64,000 nucleotides of DNA from an uncultured Gemmatimonadales bacterium (GCA_963798085.1 CAWCRS010000003.1:864001-928000); one strand, 5' to 3'; positions 21,466 to 32,712 are shown, numbered from the stretch's first letter. Numbers and translations are program-made. The notes: generated by a model not told the origin, from the sequence alone.

Positions 21466-23171
21466 TCAGTAGCCCACGGCCATGCCGTCCTTGCGCGGGT
21501 CCGAACCGGCGGCCCAACCCTTCGCCAGCCGCATGATCAGCTGGGCGCCGCCGAACGCGACCAATGTCTCGTCTGCGATTTCGTGTCCCATCGCGGCGAG
21601 GGCCCGACGGACGTCGTCGCCTATCGGCGTCTCCAGCGCCACGCGCCGGCCGCTCAGGTGTCGGAACCTCGCCGCGTCCGCGGCCTGCTGCAGGTCCATC
21701 CCGAACACGAGCAGGTCGAGCAGCACCTGGACGTGCCCCTGCGGCTGCATGGATCCACCCATCACGCCGAATGACAGCCACGGCTCTTCGCCGGTCGCAT
21801 CGCGCAGCACACCCTGCGGGTGCGTCGTCTTCGTGACGAACGCGGGAATGATCGTGTGGAACGGGCGCTTGCGCGGTCCTGCTGTGTTGGCCAGACCCTC
21901 CACGAGCGTGAAGCCCGATCCGCGATCCTGCATCACGAAGCCCGTTCCGGGCACGACGATGCCTGAGCCGAACTCGTCGTAGTTGCTGTTGATGAACGAA
22001 ATCATGTTCCCCTGCGCGTCCGCTGCGGTCAGGTAGATGGTCTCGCTCGTTGTCGTCGCCTCACCCGGGTCGACGTGCTCCGCTGCGTGCGTCTCGTTCA
22101 ACTCCGCTCTGCGCGCGCGAATGAAATCGTCCGACAGGAGCCGTTCGGGCGGTATCGTCATCTGCGCGGGATCGCCCACGTAATGCTCGATGTCCGCATA
22201 GGCGATCTTCTTCGCTTCAATCAGGTGGTGCAGGTACGCCGCCGAATTGTGGCCCATGGCCTTGAGGTCGTAGGGCTCGAGGATGCGCAGCATTTCCAGT
22301 GCGGCGATGCCCTGGCCGTTCGGCGGCAGCTCCCACACGCGGTAGCCTTTGAAGGGTACGGAGATCGGCTCGACCCAGTCGGCCTTGTGCGCCGCGAAAT
22401 CCTCGGGCGTCAGGAATCCGCCCAGCGATTGCACGTGCTCCGCGATGCGCTTGCCCAGCGCGCCGCCATACAGGAGGCCCGGACCCTGCGCCGCTACTCG
22501 CGGAACGTCTTCGCCAGATCCGGATTGCGGAACCACTCACCCGCGTGCGGCGCGCGTTCGCCGTTCCGATGAGGTAGGTCGCGCGTGCGCCCGGGTCGCG
22601 CTTCAGCAGGTCGGTCTGCGCCGCCCACTCGCTCGCGATGATGGGGGACACTGGAAAGCCCTCGTCGGCCAGTCGGATCGCGGGCGCCAGCGCATCGGCG
22701 ACGGAGATCGTGCCGAAGCGCTGCAGCAGGGACACCCAGCCCGAGAGCGCGCCCGGTACCGTGATCGACTCCGCGCTGCGACCCAGCATGTGCGTGCGCC
22801 CGCGCGCCACCAGCGTGGCCCGCGTCATCAGCGAGCCCGACGCGGCCGCTCGCGTTCAGGCCGTAGAGCGTGCCGTCCTTCGCCGACCAGATCATCGCGA
22901 AAGCGTCGCCGCCCATGCCCGTCATGTGTGGCTCGACCACGGCCAGCACCGCGGCGGCCGTCACCGCGGCATCCACCGCGTTGCCGCCATGCTGCAGCAC
23001 GGCCAGCGCCGCCGTGCTCGCCAGCGGCTGGCTGGTCGCCACCATGCCGTGCGGCGCATAGACGGTCGAGCGCCCCGCCATGCTCGTCGGCCTTTGCCCG
23101 GCCGCGGCGTTCACGCCCAGCGACACTGTCCCCAGCAGCGCCATGATCGATCCACCGATTCGCGGATTCAT
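21466..23171 (-). CDS. ggt: Gamma-glutamyltransferase family protein; frameshifts (~22845 and ~22500-22560)
   Basis: [29 protein letters not shown], nucleophile [25 protein letters not shown]; signal peptide. Confidence 0.9.
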
Positions 23172-23227
23172 GATTGCAGCTCCTCGCCCCGGCCGTGGCC
23201 GCGCCGCTCCCTGATTACACCGTGTTA

Positions 23228-24127
23228 TCAGCGCTCCGCCAGCATGGCCTGCAGCGCCGCACCCAGCTCCGGCCAGTGGAAGACGAAGCCGGTCTCCAGC
23301 AGTCTTGCCGGTACCGCGCGTGCCCCGCTGAGCAGCAGCTCGTCACCCATGCCGTTGGGCGCCAGCCGCGCCGCCCACTCCGGTATGCGCAGCTGCGCAC
23401 TGCGTCCCACCGCCCGCGCCAGCGCGCTCGCAAACTCGGCGTTAGTCACGGCCCCGGGTGAGGCCATGTTCATGGGTCCGCTCAGCTCGCTGTGCTCCAT
23501 GATGTGCAGGATGGCGCGCACCATGTCGTCCAGGGCGATCCACGGCCAGGGCTGCTCGCCACTGCCGAAGGACGCGCCCAGACCCATGCGGAATACGGGA
23601 AGCATGGCTGCCAGCATGCCGCCTTCCGGCGTCAGCACAGGCGCGGTGCGCATGCGCACCACGCGAATGCCTGCCGGCTCCGCCCGCGTCGCCGCTTCTT
23701 CCCACCGCTCGCACACGTTCGCCATGAACCCGGCGCCCGGCTGCGCATCTTCGGTCACCGCCTCGGCCGCGGGACGCTTGCCGTAGTATCCCACGCCCGA
23801 GCTGGACAGCAGCATCGCTGGCTTCGCGCGCAGCGAGAGCAGCGCCTGCACGAGCACAAGCGTGCCGCGCACACGACTCTGCTCGATGCGCTGCTTCTTT
23901 CCCGATGTCCACAGCCCGGCAATGTTCTCGCCCGCCAGGTGCACGACGGCGTCGTGGCCCTCCAGCCGTTCCGTCTGGACGACGCCGCTGACCGGATCCC
24001 ACGCAGCAACGTCCGGCCCGCTCGCCGTACCGCGGACCAGCCGCGTGACTCCCCAGCCGCGTTGCGCGAACTCGCGCCGCAGCGCCGTGCCCAGCAATCC
24101 GCTGGATCCCGTGATCGCAATGCGCAT
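23228..24127 (-). CDS. TIGR01777 family NAD-dependent epimerase/oxidoreductase
   Basis: [45 protein letters not shown]. Confidence 0.9.
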   Translation of the reverse strand: MRIAITGSSGLLGTALRREFAQRGWGVTRLVRGTASGPDVAAWDPVSGVVQTERLEGHDAVVHLAGENIAGLWTSGKKQRIEQSRVRGTLVLVQALLSLRAKPAMLLSSSGVGYYGKRPAAEAVTEDAQPGAGFMANVCERWEEAATRAEPAGIRVVRMRTAPVLTPEGGMLAAMLPVFRMGLGASFGSGEQPWPWIALDDMVRAILHIMEHSELSGPMNMASPGAVTNAEFASALARAVGRSAQLRIPEWAARLAPNGMGDELLLSGARAVPARLLETGFVFHWPELGAALQAMLAER

Positions 24128-24218
24128 GTCCGCAAGATACGCCACCAGGCGGCCCGGCGCGCGACCCGCGACCCAACCCGGAATCAGGCCCGGCGGATCG
24201 GCTTCAATGGATGGAGGA

Positions 24219-24723
24219 TCAGTCTCGTGGACGGGATCGAGGTGGAATCCGGAAGGGAATCACGCGCAGTGTGCCGGGAGCGGCGGCCGCTTCGGCAGGC
24301 GGATCGCCCGCCGCACGATCGGCATCGAACACGCGCGCCACGCTGTTCCCTGCAACGTCCTCGAGGGCGACGTTCACACGGAGTGCGTACGATCCCGCGG
24401 ACCATGGCGTCGCCGGAACAAGACTCCAGCCGCTGTCGCCATGGGTCCACGCGCGCTTCGCCTTCGATCCGCTGACCATTGGCCGCGTACACCGCGGTCA
24501 TGCGCGCTGCCAGCGCGTGGTCCAGCAGCTCGCCGAACCCGATGCGCAGTGGCTGGCGCGTTTCCGCCTCTGGCATTGTCAGCGACCAGCGAGCGGGATC
24601 CGGCCGGCTGCGATCGGCCGCTGTGGCCCGGAACGACTGCTCCCACGAAGATGTCAGCATTGCGCCATTGCCATCGCGCCACGCGGCGTCGATAACAAGG
24701 TGGTAGCGCCGGCCGGCCACCAG
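24219..24723 (-). pseudogene. 5'-truncated, frameshifted Ig-like-domain hypothetical gene
   Basis: Begins mid-domain (LVAGRRYHLVIDAAWRDGNG...LLDHAL) and continues in another frame (W..GSYALRVNVALEDVAGN); no credible start. Confidence 0.5.
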
Positions 24724-24727
24724 CGTT

Positions 24728-25284
24728 GTCGCGGAATGTCTGCCCGCAGTCGTGTTCGTTACGGCCTGCGACAGGTTCGCCCTGCGCGCCTTCGAGGTGC
24801 ACGCCCTCGACTACCTGCTCAAGCCGTTCACTGCCGAGCGGTTCCAATGCGCTCTCGCGCACGTGCGCCACGAAATCGCGTTCGGCAGACCGGAAGCGGC
24901 GGAGCGCATTTCCGACTGCTCAATGAGCGCGCACTGTCGGATGGCGGTGAGAGCGCCGGCGAGCTGGCGCATCAGCTGACGGTTCGGGCAGGCGATCGCT
25001 TCGTGTTGCTGCGCGTCCAGGAAATCGACTGGGTTGAGGCAGCCGCGAACTACCTGTGCATCCACGCGCACGGCGAACGCTACCTCATGCGCGGCACCAT
25101 GACCGCCCTGGCCCTACGCCTCGATCCCCGCCAGTTCGCGCGCATCCACCGCTCGGCCATCGTCAACATGGACCGCGTCCGCGAAATCCGTCCCGGCTGG
25201 CACGGTGAACACGATGTCGTCCTGCACGACGGCCAGACGCTGCGCCTGAGCCGCAGCTACCGCGCCACCCTGTTGCGCCGCTGA
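24728..25284 (+). pseudogene. 5'-truncated LytTR response regulator (frameshift near 24925)
   Basis: PAVVFVTACD...HALDYLLKPF (C-terminal half of the receiver only), then LytTR EIDWVEAAANY...FARIHRSAIVN...LSRSY. Confidence 0.8.
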
Positions 25285-25393
25285 AGGGCACCGATCCCAG
25301 GTTCCTCGGCGGCCCCCAACTAACGCGGCATTATCGAGGTCCGTCTCGTTCCCCGGCCCCAGCCCGGAAACGGCGCTCAATCCGTTCGGCCAA

Positions 25394-25434
25394 CGTTCCC
25401 CGGCAACCAGCCCGAGCAACCAGCCCCGGCAACG
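25394..25434. repeat. CGTT...CAGCCC...AACG tract between convergent genes
   Basis: CGTTCCCCGGCAACCAGCCCGAGCAACCAGCCCCGGCAACG. Confidence 0.5.
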
Positions 25435-25466
25435 CAGGTCCAGACGCACGACCCGGCGCCCACCCC

Positions 25467-26570
25467 CTACCTCCGTGCCGACGCCCGATACTCCTCCAGC
25501 AGTCGCCGCATCATGTCGGCACGCTGCGCATAAAGGCGCTTCGGCGCTCGTGGCGCATGGCGAGTCAGCGCGAACGCCGTGAGCAGCGGCATGGCAATCG
25601 TCGAATCCGTATAACACACCACCGCGTCGGGCAGCCGGTCCGGATCGACTTTGCCCCAGCTCACTGCCTCCGCCGGCGTCGCCCCGGACAGACCGCCGGT
25701 GTCGGGTCTGGCGTCCGTGAACTGCAGAAAGAAATCGTGACCCTTCTCTTCGATACCCAGCACTTCCTGGATCTGCGGTTCCGTCTGCAGCATGAAGTTC
25801 TTGGGGCTGCCACCGCCGAAGATGAGCACCGCGCTGCGGCCGCCGCTGCGCTTCGCGTGCAGTACAATGGCGGCCGTCTCGTTGACATCGGCGCTCACGT
25901 CCAGAACCAGCTGATTTCCCTGCAGCGCGCCCGCGGCCACGTTCATGCCGATCGAGGAATCGCCCGGCAATGATGTGTAGACCGGCACATCGTACTCGTG
26001 GCACGTGGCCAGCAGCGACTTGCCTTTCTGCTTCAGCGCCTTCTGTCGTTCCGCTACGTAGCGACCGCAGAGATTGTGGAACTCGGCCGTCGACATGGGC
26101 CGCTGGAATTCGGGCGCGCGAATGACCTCGCGAAAGAACGCGTCCGTGTCGAGCAGCACGGAGTAGTCGAAGAAGATGTCATAGATGCGCACCACTTCTT
26201 CGGCCCGCAGCTCAATGTCCGACGCGAAGGGGTTGCCCTGCCGCATCTCCATGCCCAGTCCAAAATGCGTGTCGTGATAGAGATTGGCCCCCGTCGACAC
26301 GATCCAGTCAATGAAGCCCGCTTCGATCAGCGGAATCAGCGAACTCATGCCCAGTCCCGCCGGCGTGAGCGCTCCCGTGAGCGACACACCAATGGTGACG
26401 TCCGCCTCCAGCATGCGCTCCACGAACAGCCGGCAGCCTTCCCGCAGGCGGCCGGCGTTGTACGCCAGGAAGGTGCGCTCAATGACGTCGGCCGCGCTCA
26501 TGTCGGCCGCAATGGGTTGCGGCGCAATGGGCCGCCCCTGCAGGTGACGGCTTTGCTTTCTCTTGGCCAT
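25467..26570 (-). CDS. Deoxyhypusine-synthase-like protein (homospermidine synthase, SpeY type)
   Basis: [51 protein letters not shown]. Confidence 0.88.
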   Translation of the reverse strand: MAKRKQSRHLQGRPIAPQPIAADMSAADVIERTFLAYNAGRLREGCRLFVERMLEADVTIGVSLTGALTPAGLGMSSLIPLIEAGFIDWIVSTGANLYHDTHFGLGMEMRQGNPFASDIELRAEEVVRIYDIFFDYSVLLDTDAFFREVIRAPEFQRPMSTAEFHNLCGRYVAERQKALKQKGKSLLATCHEYDVPVYTSLPGDSSIGMNVAAGALQGNQLVLDVSADVNETAAIVLHAKRSGGRSAVLIFGGGSPKNFMLQTEPQIQEVLGIEEKGHDFFLQFTDARPDTGGLSGATPAEAVSWGKVDPDRLPDAVVCYTDSTIAMPLLTAFALTRHAPRAPKRLYAQRADMMRRLLEEYRASARR

Positions 26571-26626
26571 GGTCCGGTTCTGCCCCGTGGCGCGCGACAG
26601 GCCGCGCACGCCACAGCGCTCGGCAA

Positions 26627-27462
26627 TCAGTTCCGGGATCGGGGCGCGCGCTTCGCCTTCACCCGCGGAATCGCGCGTCGCAATTCCGCGTCGGTCGGCT
26701 CGAGCGACGGCTCCGTGCAGTTGCGCTGATAACACTCTGTTATGATACGCACCGCCTCTTCCGGCGAGTCCGTGACGCGGCAGAAGTCGAGATCCTCGAG
26801 TGTAATGTTGCCCGCCGGCGCCATCGTGTTCCGCAGCCAGTCGTAAAGGCCGCCCCAGTACCCGCTGCCGAAGAGGACCAGCGGGAAATTGCGGACCTTG
26901 CGTGTCTGCACCAGCGTGAGCGCCTCGAACAGCTCGTCCATGGTCCCGAAGCCGCCCGGGAAAGATGATGAAGCCTTCCGCATACTTCACGAACATCGTC
27001 TTGCGGACGAAGAAGTAGTGGAAATGCATGGGCAGCCGGACATAGGCGATTGGTGCCCTGCTCGAAGGGTAACTCGATGTTAAGACCTATGGACTCGCCG
27101 CCCGCTTCCGTGGCTCCCTTGTTGGCCGCCTCCATGATGCCCGGGCCGCCGCCCGTGATCACCGCGAAGCCGTTCTCCACCAGCAGCCTCGCCATCACCT
27201 CCGCGGCCGCGTATTCCGGCTGGTCGGGCTTGGTCCGTGCACTGCCGAAAATGCTGATGGCCGGCCCCAGTCTCGCCAGCGTGTCGAACCCCTCGACGAA
27301 CTCCCCCATGATGCGGAACACCCGCCACGAATCGTCGACGACGGCATCGTGGATGCGGCGCCGCTCCTCCACCCGGCTCAGCAGTCGCTCATCTTCGGTC
27401 TGCCGCGCTCGTGGCCGCACACGAGCATCGCCTGCGGGGCGCCTGCCCGACGTTTTGCTCAT
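26627..27462 (-). CDS. TIGR00730/LOG-family protein; frameshifts near 27050 and 26960
   Basis: [55 protein letters not shown]. Confidence 0.88.
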
Positions 27463-27593
27463 TCGTTCATCCCGATCCCGTATTCGACCGGCGCCCAACA
27501 TACCCGCGTGCCTGTGGATCAGCGAGCCTTGCGGGCGCCGGACGCTGCTCCGCGGCGTGGACGCAAGCGCCTGCGCTGCGTAACTTTGCTGCC

Positions 27594-28361
27594 ATGAAAT
27601 GTCCCAGTTGCCGAACCGAATCGGATGGCCGGTACTGCCCGTCGTGCGGCACGCCGCTGGCCGGATCGAACTGCCCTTCATGCAAGGCGAAGCTGGTGCC
27701 CGGCGCCCGCTTCTGCACGCAGTGCGGACAGCCCGTGACGCCGAGAGCCGAGGCGTCGCAGCTGCCCTGGATCGTCGCCGGCGCTGCCATCCTCGTAGCC
27801 ATTGTCGCCGTAATGCTCCCGACCATCCGGGGCACCACGGGCGCTGCCACCAACGGCGCGGCGCAAATGGCGGATGCGCCCTTCGCCGGCGGCGCGACCT
27901 CGGGCAGTGACGGGACGGGTCAGCCGCCGCCGCTGGACGGCACGCCGCGGGAGCTGGCCGACCGCTTGTTCAACCGGATCATGCAGGAGCGCTCACAGGG
28001 AAACGAGGAGCGCGCGAAGTTCTTCGTGCCCATGGCTACGCAGGCCTACCAGAATGCCATGCCCCTCGATGCGGATGGGCTCTATCATCTCAGCCTGATC
28101 CAGGCCGTGGGCGGGGATTTCGCCAGTGCGCGCAAGACCGCGCAGCAGATACTCGATGCGTCGCCCACGCATCTGCTCGCCCTCGGTGCATTGGCCGAGG
28201 CCTCGCTGTCCGCCGGCGACAGCGCCGCGGCGCGCGCCGCGTGGCGCAAATTCCTCGACAACCTGAGCAGCGAGAAGGCGAAACAGCTGCCCGAGTACAA
28301 CGATCACGCGCCTATTCTCACGGAGTACGAGCAGACCGCGCGCAAGCTGCTCGGGAAGTAG
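27594..28361 (+). CDS. Double zinc-ribbon membrane protein with TPR-like C-terminus
   Basis: CPSC/CPSC/CPSC/CTQC, one transmembrane helix, helical repeats. Confidence 0.75.
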   Translation: MKCPSCRTESDGRYCPSCGTPLAGSNCPSCKAKLVPGARFCTQCGQPVTPRAEASQLPWIVAGAAILVAIVAVMLPTIRGTTGAATNGAAQMADAPFAGGATSGSDGTGQPPPLDGTPRELADRLFNRIMQERSQGNEERAKFFVPMATQAYQNAMPLDADGLYHLSLIQAVGGDFASARKTAQQILDASPTHLLALGALAEASLSAGDSAAARAAWRKFLDNLSSEKAKQLPEYNDHAPILTEYEQTARKLLGK

Positions 28362-31166
28362 TCAGCGGATCGCTTCCGCCGCGCCCGACCGTCGCGGATC
28401 GGCGGCGGCGGTGACATGGCCGTTCTGGATCAGAATCGCCGAGCCGTAGCCCATCCGCAGTTCGCCGCGCAGTGAGATGCGCCGGAACCTGTGACCCATC
28501 TGCTCGAGCCGCTCCAGCACCGCCGGCGCGAAGCCATCCTCGATCTGAATCGGCGAATCCCGGCCGCCGGGCAGGAAGCGAGGCAGCTCCAGCGCCTCCT
28601 GCGGGCCCAGACCCAGGTCGAGCACGCCGACGACGGTCTCGTAGACAGCCGACGTGATCCATGCATTGCCGGCCGCGCCCACCGCCAGCAGCGGCCGTTT
28701 CTTCACTCCGATGCCGTCGAACACGATGCTGGGCGCAATCACGGTGCCCACCCTCGCCAGCGGCGCACTGCCGCCGAAACCACCGCGCCCCGCTCGCGGC
28801 ATGGTGAACTTGTCGTTGTACAGGAAGCCCAGACCCGGCGAGACGTAGAAGTTGCCGCCCCAGGTGCCCAGCGTTTGTGTGACCGAGACCACGTCGCCCT
28901 GCGCATCCACCACCGAGAACGCGGTTGTTCCCGTGGAGCGGCAGGCCCGGCCGTTCGCTGCTGTGTCACACATTTCAGGCGACGATGCATTGTCGGCCCC
29001 GCTTCCCGATGATGTTGAAGGGTGACAGCCGGCATCCGCCCGACCCGCCGGCACACCCGCACCCGCGTGTTGCGGGTCGAAACACTGCCACCTCGCCCTG
29101 GCCGTGTCCTTGCTCTCGAAGGGCGTCACGTCGACCGGGTACATGTCCGGGTCCGAGATGCGCCCCGCCGTGGACGGCTGCAGCTTCCACGCTTCGATCA
29201 TCGCGTGCAGCTCGGTTGCGTCATTCACGGGCGAGCGGCCGGGCTGCGCCAGCTCGAGCAGGTTCAGCTTGGCCACCAGGCTCACGCCACCCGTTACCGG
29301 CGGCGGTCCCGAGTAAACCGTGTGGCCGCGATACGTCGTGGAGACAGGCCGGCGCTCCGCCGCGTAGTACTTCTCCATGTCGCTCAGTGCGATTGGATTG
29401 CCGGCCGCGCTCAGGTCCGCGACCAGGCGCCGTGCGATGTCGCCGTGGTAGAAGCCATCCGCTCCCTCCTCCGCCACCGCGCGCAGTGTCCGCGCGAGAT
29501 CCGGATTGCGCAGCGTATCACCCGGCTGCAGCGGCCGGCCGCCGCGAAAGAACAGCGCGCGACTGCCTTCGTACTTCGCGAACGACTCCCACTCCCGCCG
29601 CAGCGTCGTCGCCAGCGATTCGTCGATCACCCAGCCGTGCTCGGCAATGCGAATGGCCGGCTCGAGCAGCCGCGCCCAGGGCACACGGCCGCTGCCGTAC
29701 TTCTTCCACGCCAGGCCCATCCCGGCGACCGTGCCGGGAACGTTGACCAGCCGCGGACCATCCGAGGGCAGATCCTTTAACGCGGGATTATCAGGCGTGG
29801 CTGCCTCCGGCACGCGCGTCATGAATTCGATCGACGTCGGATCCGCCATTCCCCTGAGGAAGATCACCGCCTCACCGTAGCCGCCCATGCCGCTGGCGTC
29901 CGGCTCGACTACGCCCAGCGCGAACGAAACCGCGACCGCGGCGTCCACCGCATTGCCGCCGGCCTGCAGGATCTCGATGCCGGCCGCCGTGGCCAGCGGG
30001 TGCGCACTGGCGACGGCGGCCCGCCCTTCGGCCACACGCTTCGCCGGTGGCCGCTCGTCGAGCAGCGCCTGTATCTCCGCATCCAGCGCAGCCTGGTCCG
30101 CTGCCGCCAGCGCGCGTCCGCGGTGGCGCCGCGCCGCGTCCCGCCAGCGCCTTAACTCGTCGTTAGAGGTACTGTCGGGCGCGGCGCCGTTCCAGTGGAA
30201 GTACAGCCGGGCCACGCGTTCCCACACGCGATCGAACGCCTCGGCGTTGACCGAGGCGCGCGGTTCACTGGTGTTGATCGCCAGCACCGTCCCGTCCTCG
30301 GGCGGAAGCGGTGCACGCACGCGCCGCAGCGCTCCCTCGCCGCCCGCCATTTCCGCCGCATCCCGGAGCGGCAGGCGATCGGGATCGCCGTTGTAACCCA
30401 CGTCCTGCGGCGGACCGTCTGCCACCAGCAGCCAGGCGCCATCGAGCGACCACGCGGGACTGCCTTCCTTCTCGCTCGCCTGTGCCGTGTACCGGCCGTC
30501 GTCCGGCATTACGAAGACACCCGGGTGCCGCCCGCGCGCGCCGTAGGCCAGCCGCTGACCATCCGGAGACCAGGCCAGCCGTGTGGGCTGGCCATCCGTC
30601 GCCAGCTCGCGATCCTCCGGCTTGCCCGCCGCGGCCGCAAGCGTGGCGCGCACCCGGACGCGACCCTGACCGTTGCGCTCCGCCACCCAGGCCAGCTGTC
30701 CCTTCACCGAGACTGCTGGCGACCGGTCCGGACCAGGTTCGTCCGTCAGCCTGCGCTCCGCTCCGGCCGGATCGCGAACCCAGAGATCCGCCGCAGCCTC
30801 GGCACCGCGCACGAAAACCACGGACCCGTCCGGCGAGGGAGCCGGCTCGGTTTCCTGGTCCGGTGAAGTGGTGAGGCGTTCGGCATCGCCTTCAGCACCA
30901 CGTGCCCCAATGCGAACACGCCAGATATCGAACTGCCCCGCTCGATCGGACGCGAAGAACAGCCAGTTGCCGTCCGCCGACCAGGCGGGGTCCCGGTCCC
31001 AGGCCTGACCCCCTGTTACCCGGATCGCGTTCCCGCCCGAACTGTCCATTACGAACAGGGCGCCCCGTGCCGCCACGGCAATGCGCCCGTCGGGCGCCAC
31101 CAATGGCGTCTGCGGCGCGCCCAGCACGGGGGTCTGCAGTGCGAGCGCTAACACCAGGTGCAGCAT
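28362..31166 (-). CDS. TolB/PD40 beta-propeller - gamma-glutamyltransferase fusion
   Basis: DPAWSADG/PAPSPDG/LAWSPDG repeats, then [33 protein letters not shown]. Confidence 0.85.
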   Translation of the reverse strand: MLHLVLALALQTPVLGAPQTPLVAPDGRIAVAARGALFVMDSSGGNAIRVTGGQAWDRDPAWSADGNWLFFASDRAGQFDIWRVRIGARGAEGDAERLTTSPDQETEPAPSPDGSVVFVRGAEAAADLWVRDPAGAERRLTDEPGPDRSPAVSVKGQLAWVAERNGQGRVRVRATLAAAAGKPEDRELATDGQPTRLAWSPDGQRLAYGARGRHPGVFVMPDDGRYTAQASEKEGSPAWSLDGAWLLVADGPPQDVGYNGDPDRLPLRDAAEMAGGEGALRRVRAPLPPEDGTVLAINTSEPRASVNAEAFDRVWERVARLYFHWNGAAPDSTSNDELRRWRDAARRHRGRALAAADQAALDAEIQALLDERPPAKRVAEGRAAVASAHPLATAAGIEILQAGGNAVDAAVAVSFALGVVEPDASGMGGYGEAVIFLRGMADPTSIEFMTRVPEAATPDNPALKDLPSDGPRLVNVPGTVAGMGLAWKKYGSGRVPWARLLEPAIRIAEHGWVIDESLATTLRREWESFAKYEGSRALFFRGGRPLQPGDTLRNPDLARTLRAVAEEGADGFYHGDIARRLVADLSAAGNPIALSDMEKYYAAERRPVSTTYRGHTVYSGPPPVTGGVSLVAKLNLLELAQPGRSPVNDATELHAMIEAWKLQPSTAGRISDPDMYPVDVTPFESKDTARARWQCFDPQHAGAGVPAGRADAGCHPSTSSGSGADNASSPEMCDTAANGRACRSTGTTAFSVVDAQGDVVSVTQTLGTWGGNFYVSPGLGFLYNDKFTMPRAGRGGFGGSAPLARVGTVIAPSIVFDGIGVKKRPLLAVGAAGNAWITSAVYETVVGVLDLGLGPQEALELPRFLPGGRDSPIQIEDGFAPAVLERLEQMGHRFRRISLRGELRMGYGSAILIQNGHVTAAADPRRSGAAEAIR

Positions 31167-31178
31167 CGACCGCCTCCC

Positions 31179-31931
31179 TCAGAGACCCGTTGGAATATCA
31201 ATGAATTCCCACTCGAGCCCGAATTTCTGCGCCACATGCTCCGCCAGTGCGCGCACACCCCACACCTCGGTCGCGTAGTGGCCGCCGTAATAGACGTTGA
31301 TGCCGGATTCCATCGCGTCGAAGTACGTGTAATGCGACCCTTCGCCGGTCACGAACGCATCGAGTCCCAGCGCCGCTGCCTGCCCGATCATGTCGGCGGC
31401 CGCTCCCGTGATCACGCCCACACGCTCGATCCGCGGCGGCCCGCCCGGAATCAGGCGCACGGCGCCACCCAGCAGATCGTCGAGTCGGGCGGCCAGCGCC
31501 TCGCGCAGCAGCGAGAGCCGGCCGTAACACCCGATCTCGACGCCGCGGTACGCGCCGAACGTGCCTTCGATCTGTACGCCCAGCGCGCGCGCCAGCAGGA
31601 CCGAGTTCCCCACTTCGCCGTGCAGATCGAGCGGAATGTGCGCGGCATAGAGGGCCATCCCCGATTCGATCAGGCGACGCAGCTTTCGATAGCGCCGGCC
31701 CGTGATGGGCGCGCTGCCATCCCAGAACAACCCGTGGTGGACCAGCAGCACGTCGCAGCCGTGTTCGACCGCCGCCGCCAGCGCCTGCTCGCTGGCATCG
31801 ACCGCCGCCGCCACTCGACGTACAGGCCGCCGGCCCTCGACCTGCAGCCCATTCACCGCACGCTCGCTGTCCGGAATGGTCGCGATCCGCAGATAGCCGT
31901 TCAGGTACTCGACCAGCTCGCTCAGCTCCAT
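31179..31931 (-). CDS. NIF3/YbgI dinuclear metal-centre protein
   Basis: NGLQV, LVHHGLFW, AHIPLD, VTGE, GHYATE. Confidence 0.92.
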   Translation of the reverse strand: MELSELVEYLNGYLRIATIPDSERAVNGLQVEGRRPVRRVAAAVDASEQALAAAVEHGCDVLLVHHGLFWDGSAPITGRRYRKLRRLIESGMALYAAHIPLDLHGEVGNSVLLARALGVQIEGTFGAYRGVEIGCYGRLSLLREALAARLDDLLGGAVRLIPGGPPRIERVGVITGAAADMIGQAAALGLDAFVTGEGSHYTYFDAMESGINVYYGGHYATEVWGVRALAEHVAQKFGLEWEFIDIPTGL

Positions 31932-31943
31932 CGGTTTCTCGCC

Positions 31944-32078
31944 TGTGGAAAACCGGCCCGATGCTTGTCAACAACCTGCTGTGGAGAAAGCTGCCCATGC
32001 GGTAAAGGGCGTATTGCCAACGCGTTACCGAATACTTAACACGGTGTTGAAAGATGGCGTCGAACCGGCTTTTCAACC
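31944..32078. promoter_or_regulatory. Cluster of DnaA-box-like 9-mers
   Basis: TGTGGAAAA 31944, TTGTCAACA 31965, TGTGGAGAA 31980; weaker TGTTGAAAG 32045 and TTTTCAACC 32070. Confidence 0.5.
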
Positions 32079-32126
32079 GGAATCGTGAGGTGCGCCGAAG
32101 CCCGCACCGGGCGCGTTCGCGGATGG

Positions 32127-32168
32127 AAAGAAACCGGGCCGGGATCGCATCGCTGCCGATCCCGGCCC
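32127..32168 (-). terminator. Intrinsic terminator after bactofilin
   Basis: 12-bp stem GGGCCGGGATCG/CGATCCCGGCCC followed by GGTTTCTTT on the minus strand. Confidence 0.7.
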
Positions 32169-32185
32169 GCATGATGGCGTGCGCG

Positions 32186-32665
32186 TCAGTTGCGCGCTAC
32201 CTGAACTGCGGGTGTCGACGACAATGAACCGGAAGTCGACGACAATGAACCGGAAGTCGACGGCGTGCTGGTCTGGAGCTTCGGCGCCGACGTCGGCATG
32301 CTCGCCTTGATCTCGCCGACGTATACAGAGCCGTTCACCTGACCGCCCTCGTCCAGCTTGATGCGGCGGGCGCGGATCTCGCCCTCGACCGAGCAGGTGG
32401 CCTGCAGCTCGAGGCGACTCTCCGCGATCACCTTGCCATTGACGCGGCCTCCGACGATCGCATCCTGGGTGATCAGGTCCCCTTCCACGGACCCGTCCTT
32501 CCCCACGACGACCGCCTTCCCCGCCCGCACCGTGCCTTCGACCTTCCCTTCGATCCGCAACGTACCGTCGGTCTCGCAGTCGCCTACTACGCGCATGCCG
32601 GGGCCGATGATCGAGATTACGCTCTCCCGTGGCTGCGGTGTGATGATGTCGTCGGTCTTGGCCAT
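32186..32665 (-). CDS. Bactofilin (polymer-forming cytoskeletal protein)
   Basis: SIIGPGMRVVGD...LRIEGKVEG...VVGKDGSVEGD...; 21-bp tandem repeat (STSGSLS x2) in the tail. Confidence 0.9.
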   Translation of the reverse strand: MAKTDDIITPQPRESVISIIGPGMRVVGDCETDGTLRIEGKVEGTVRAGKAVVVGKDGSVEGDLITQDAIVGGRVNGKVIAESRLELQATCSVEGEIRARRIKLDEGGQVNGSVYVGEIKASMPTSAPKLQTSTPSTSGSLSSTSGSLSSTPAVQVARN

Positions 32666-32712
32666 GGTCTCGTTCCTCTCCGGAGTTCCTCGGTTGATGA
32701 TCGCCATTGCGC

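Noticed and set aside
21466..31166. The GGTs substituting for the missing EgtC
   Set aside because: Both appear to have signal peptides (exported) and lie far from the egt genes, whereas EgtC acts in the cytoplasm.
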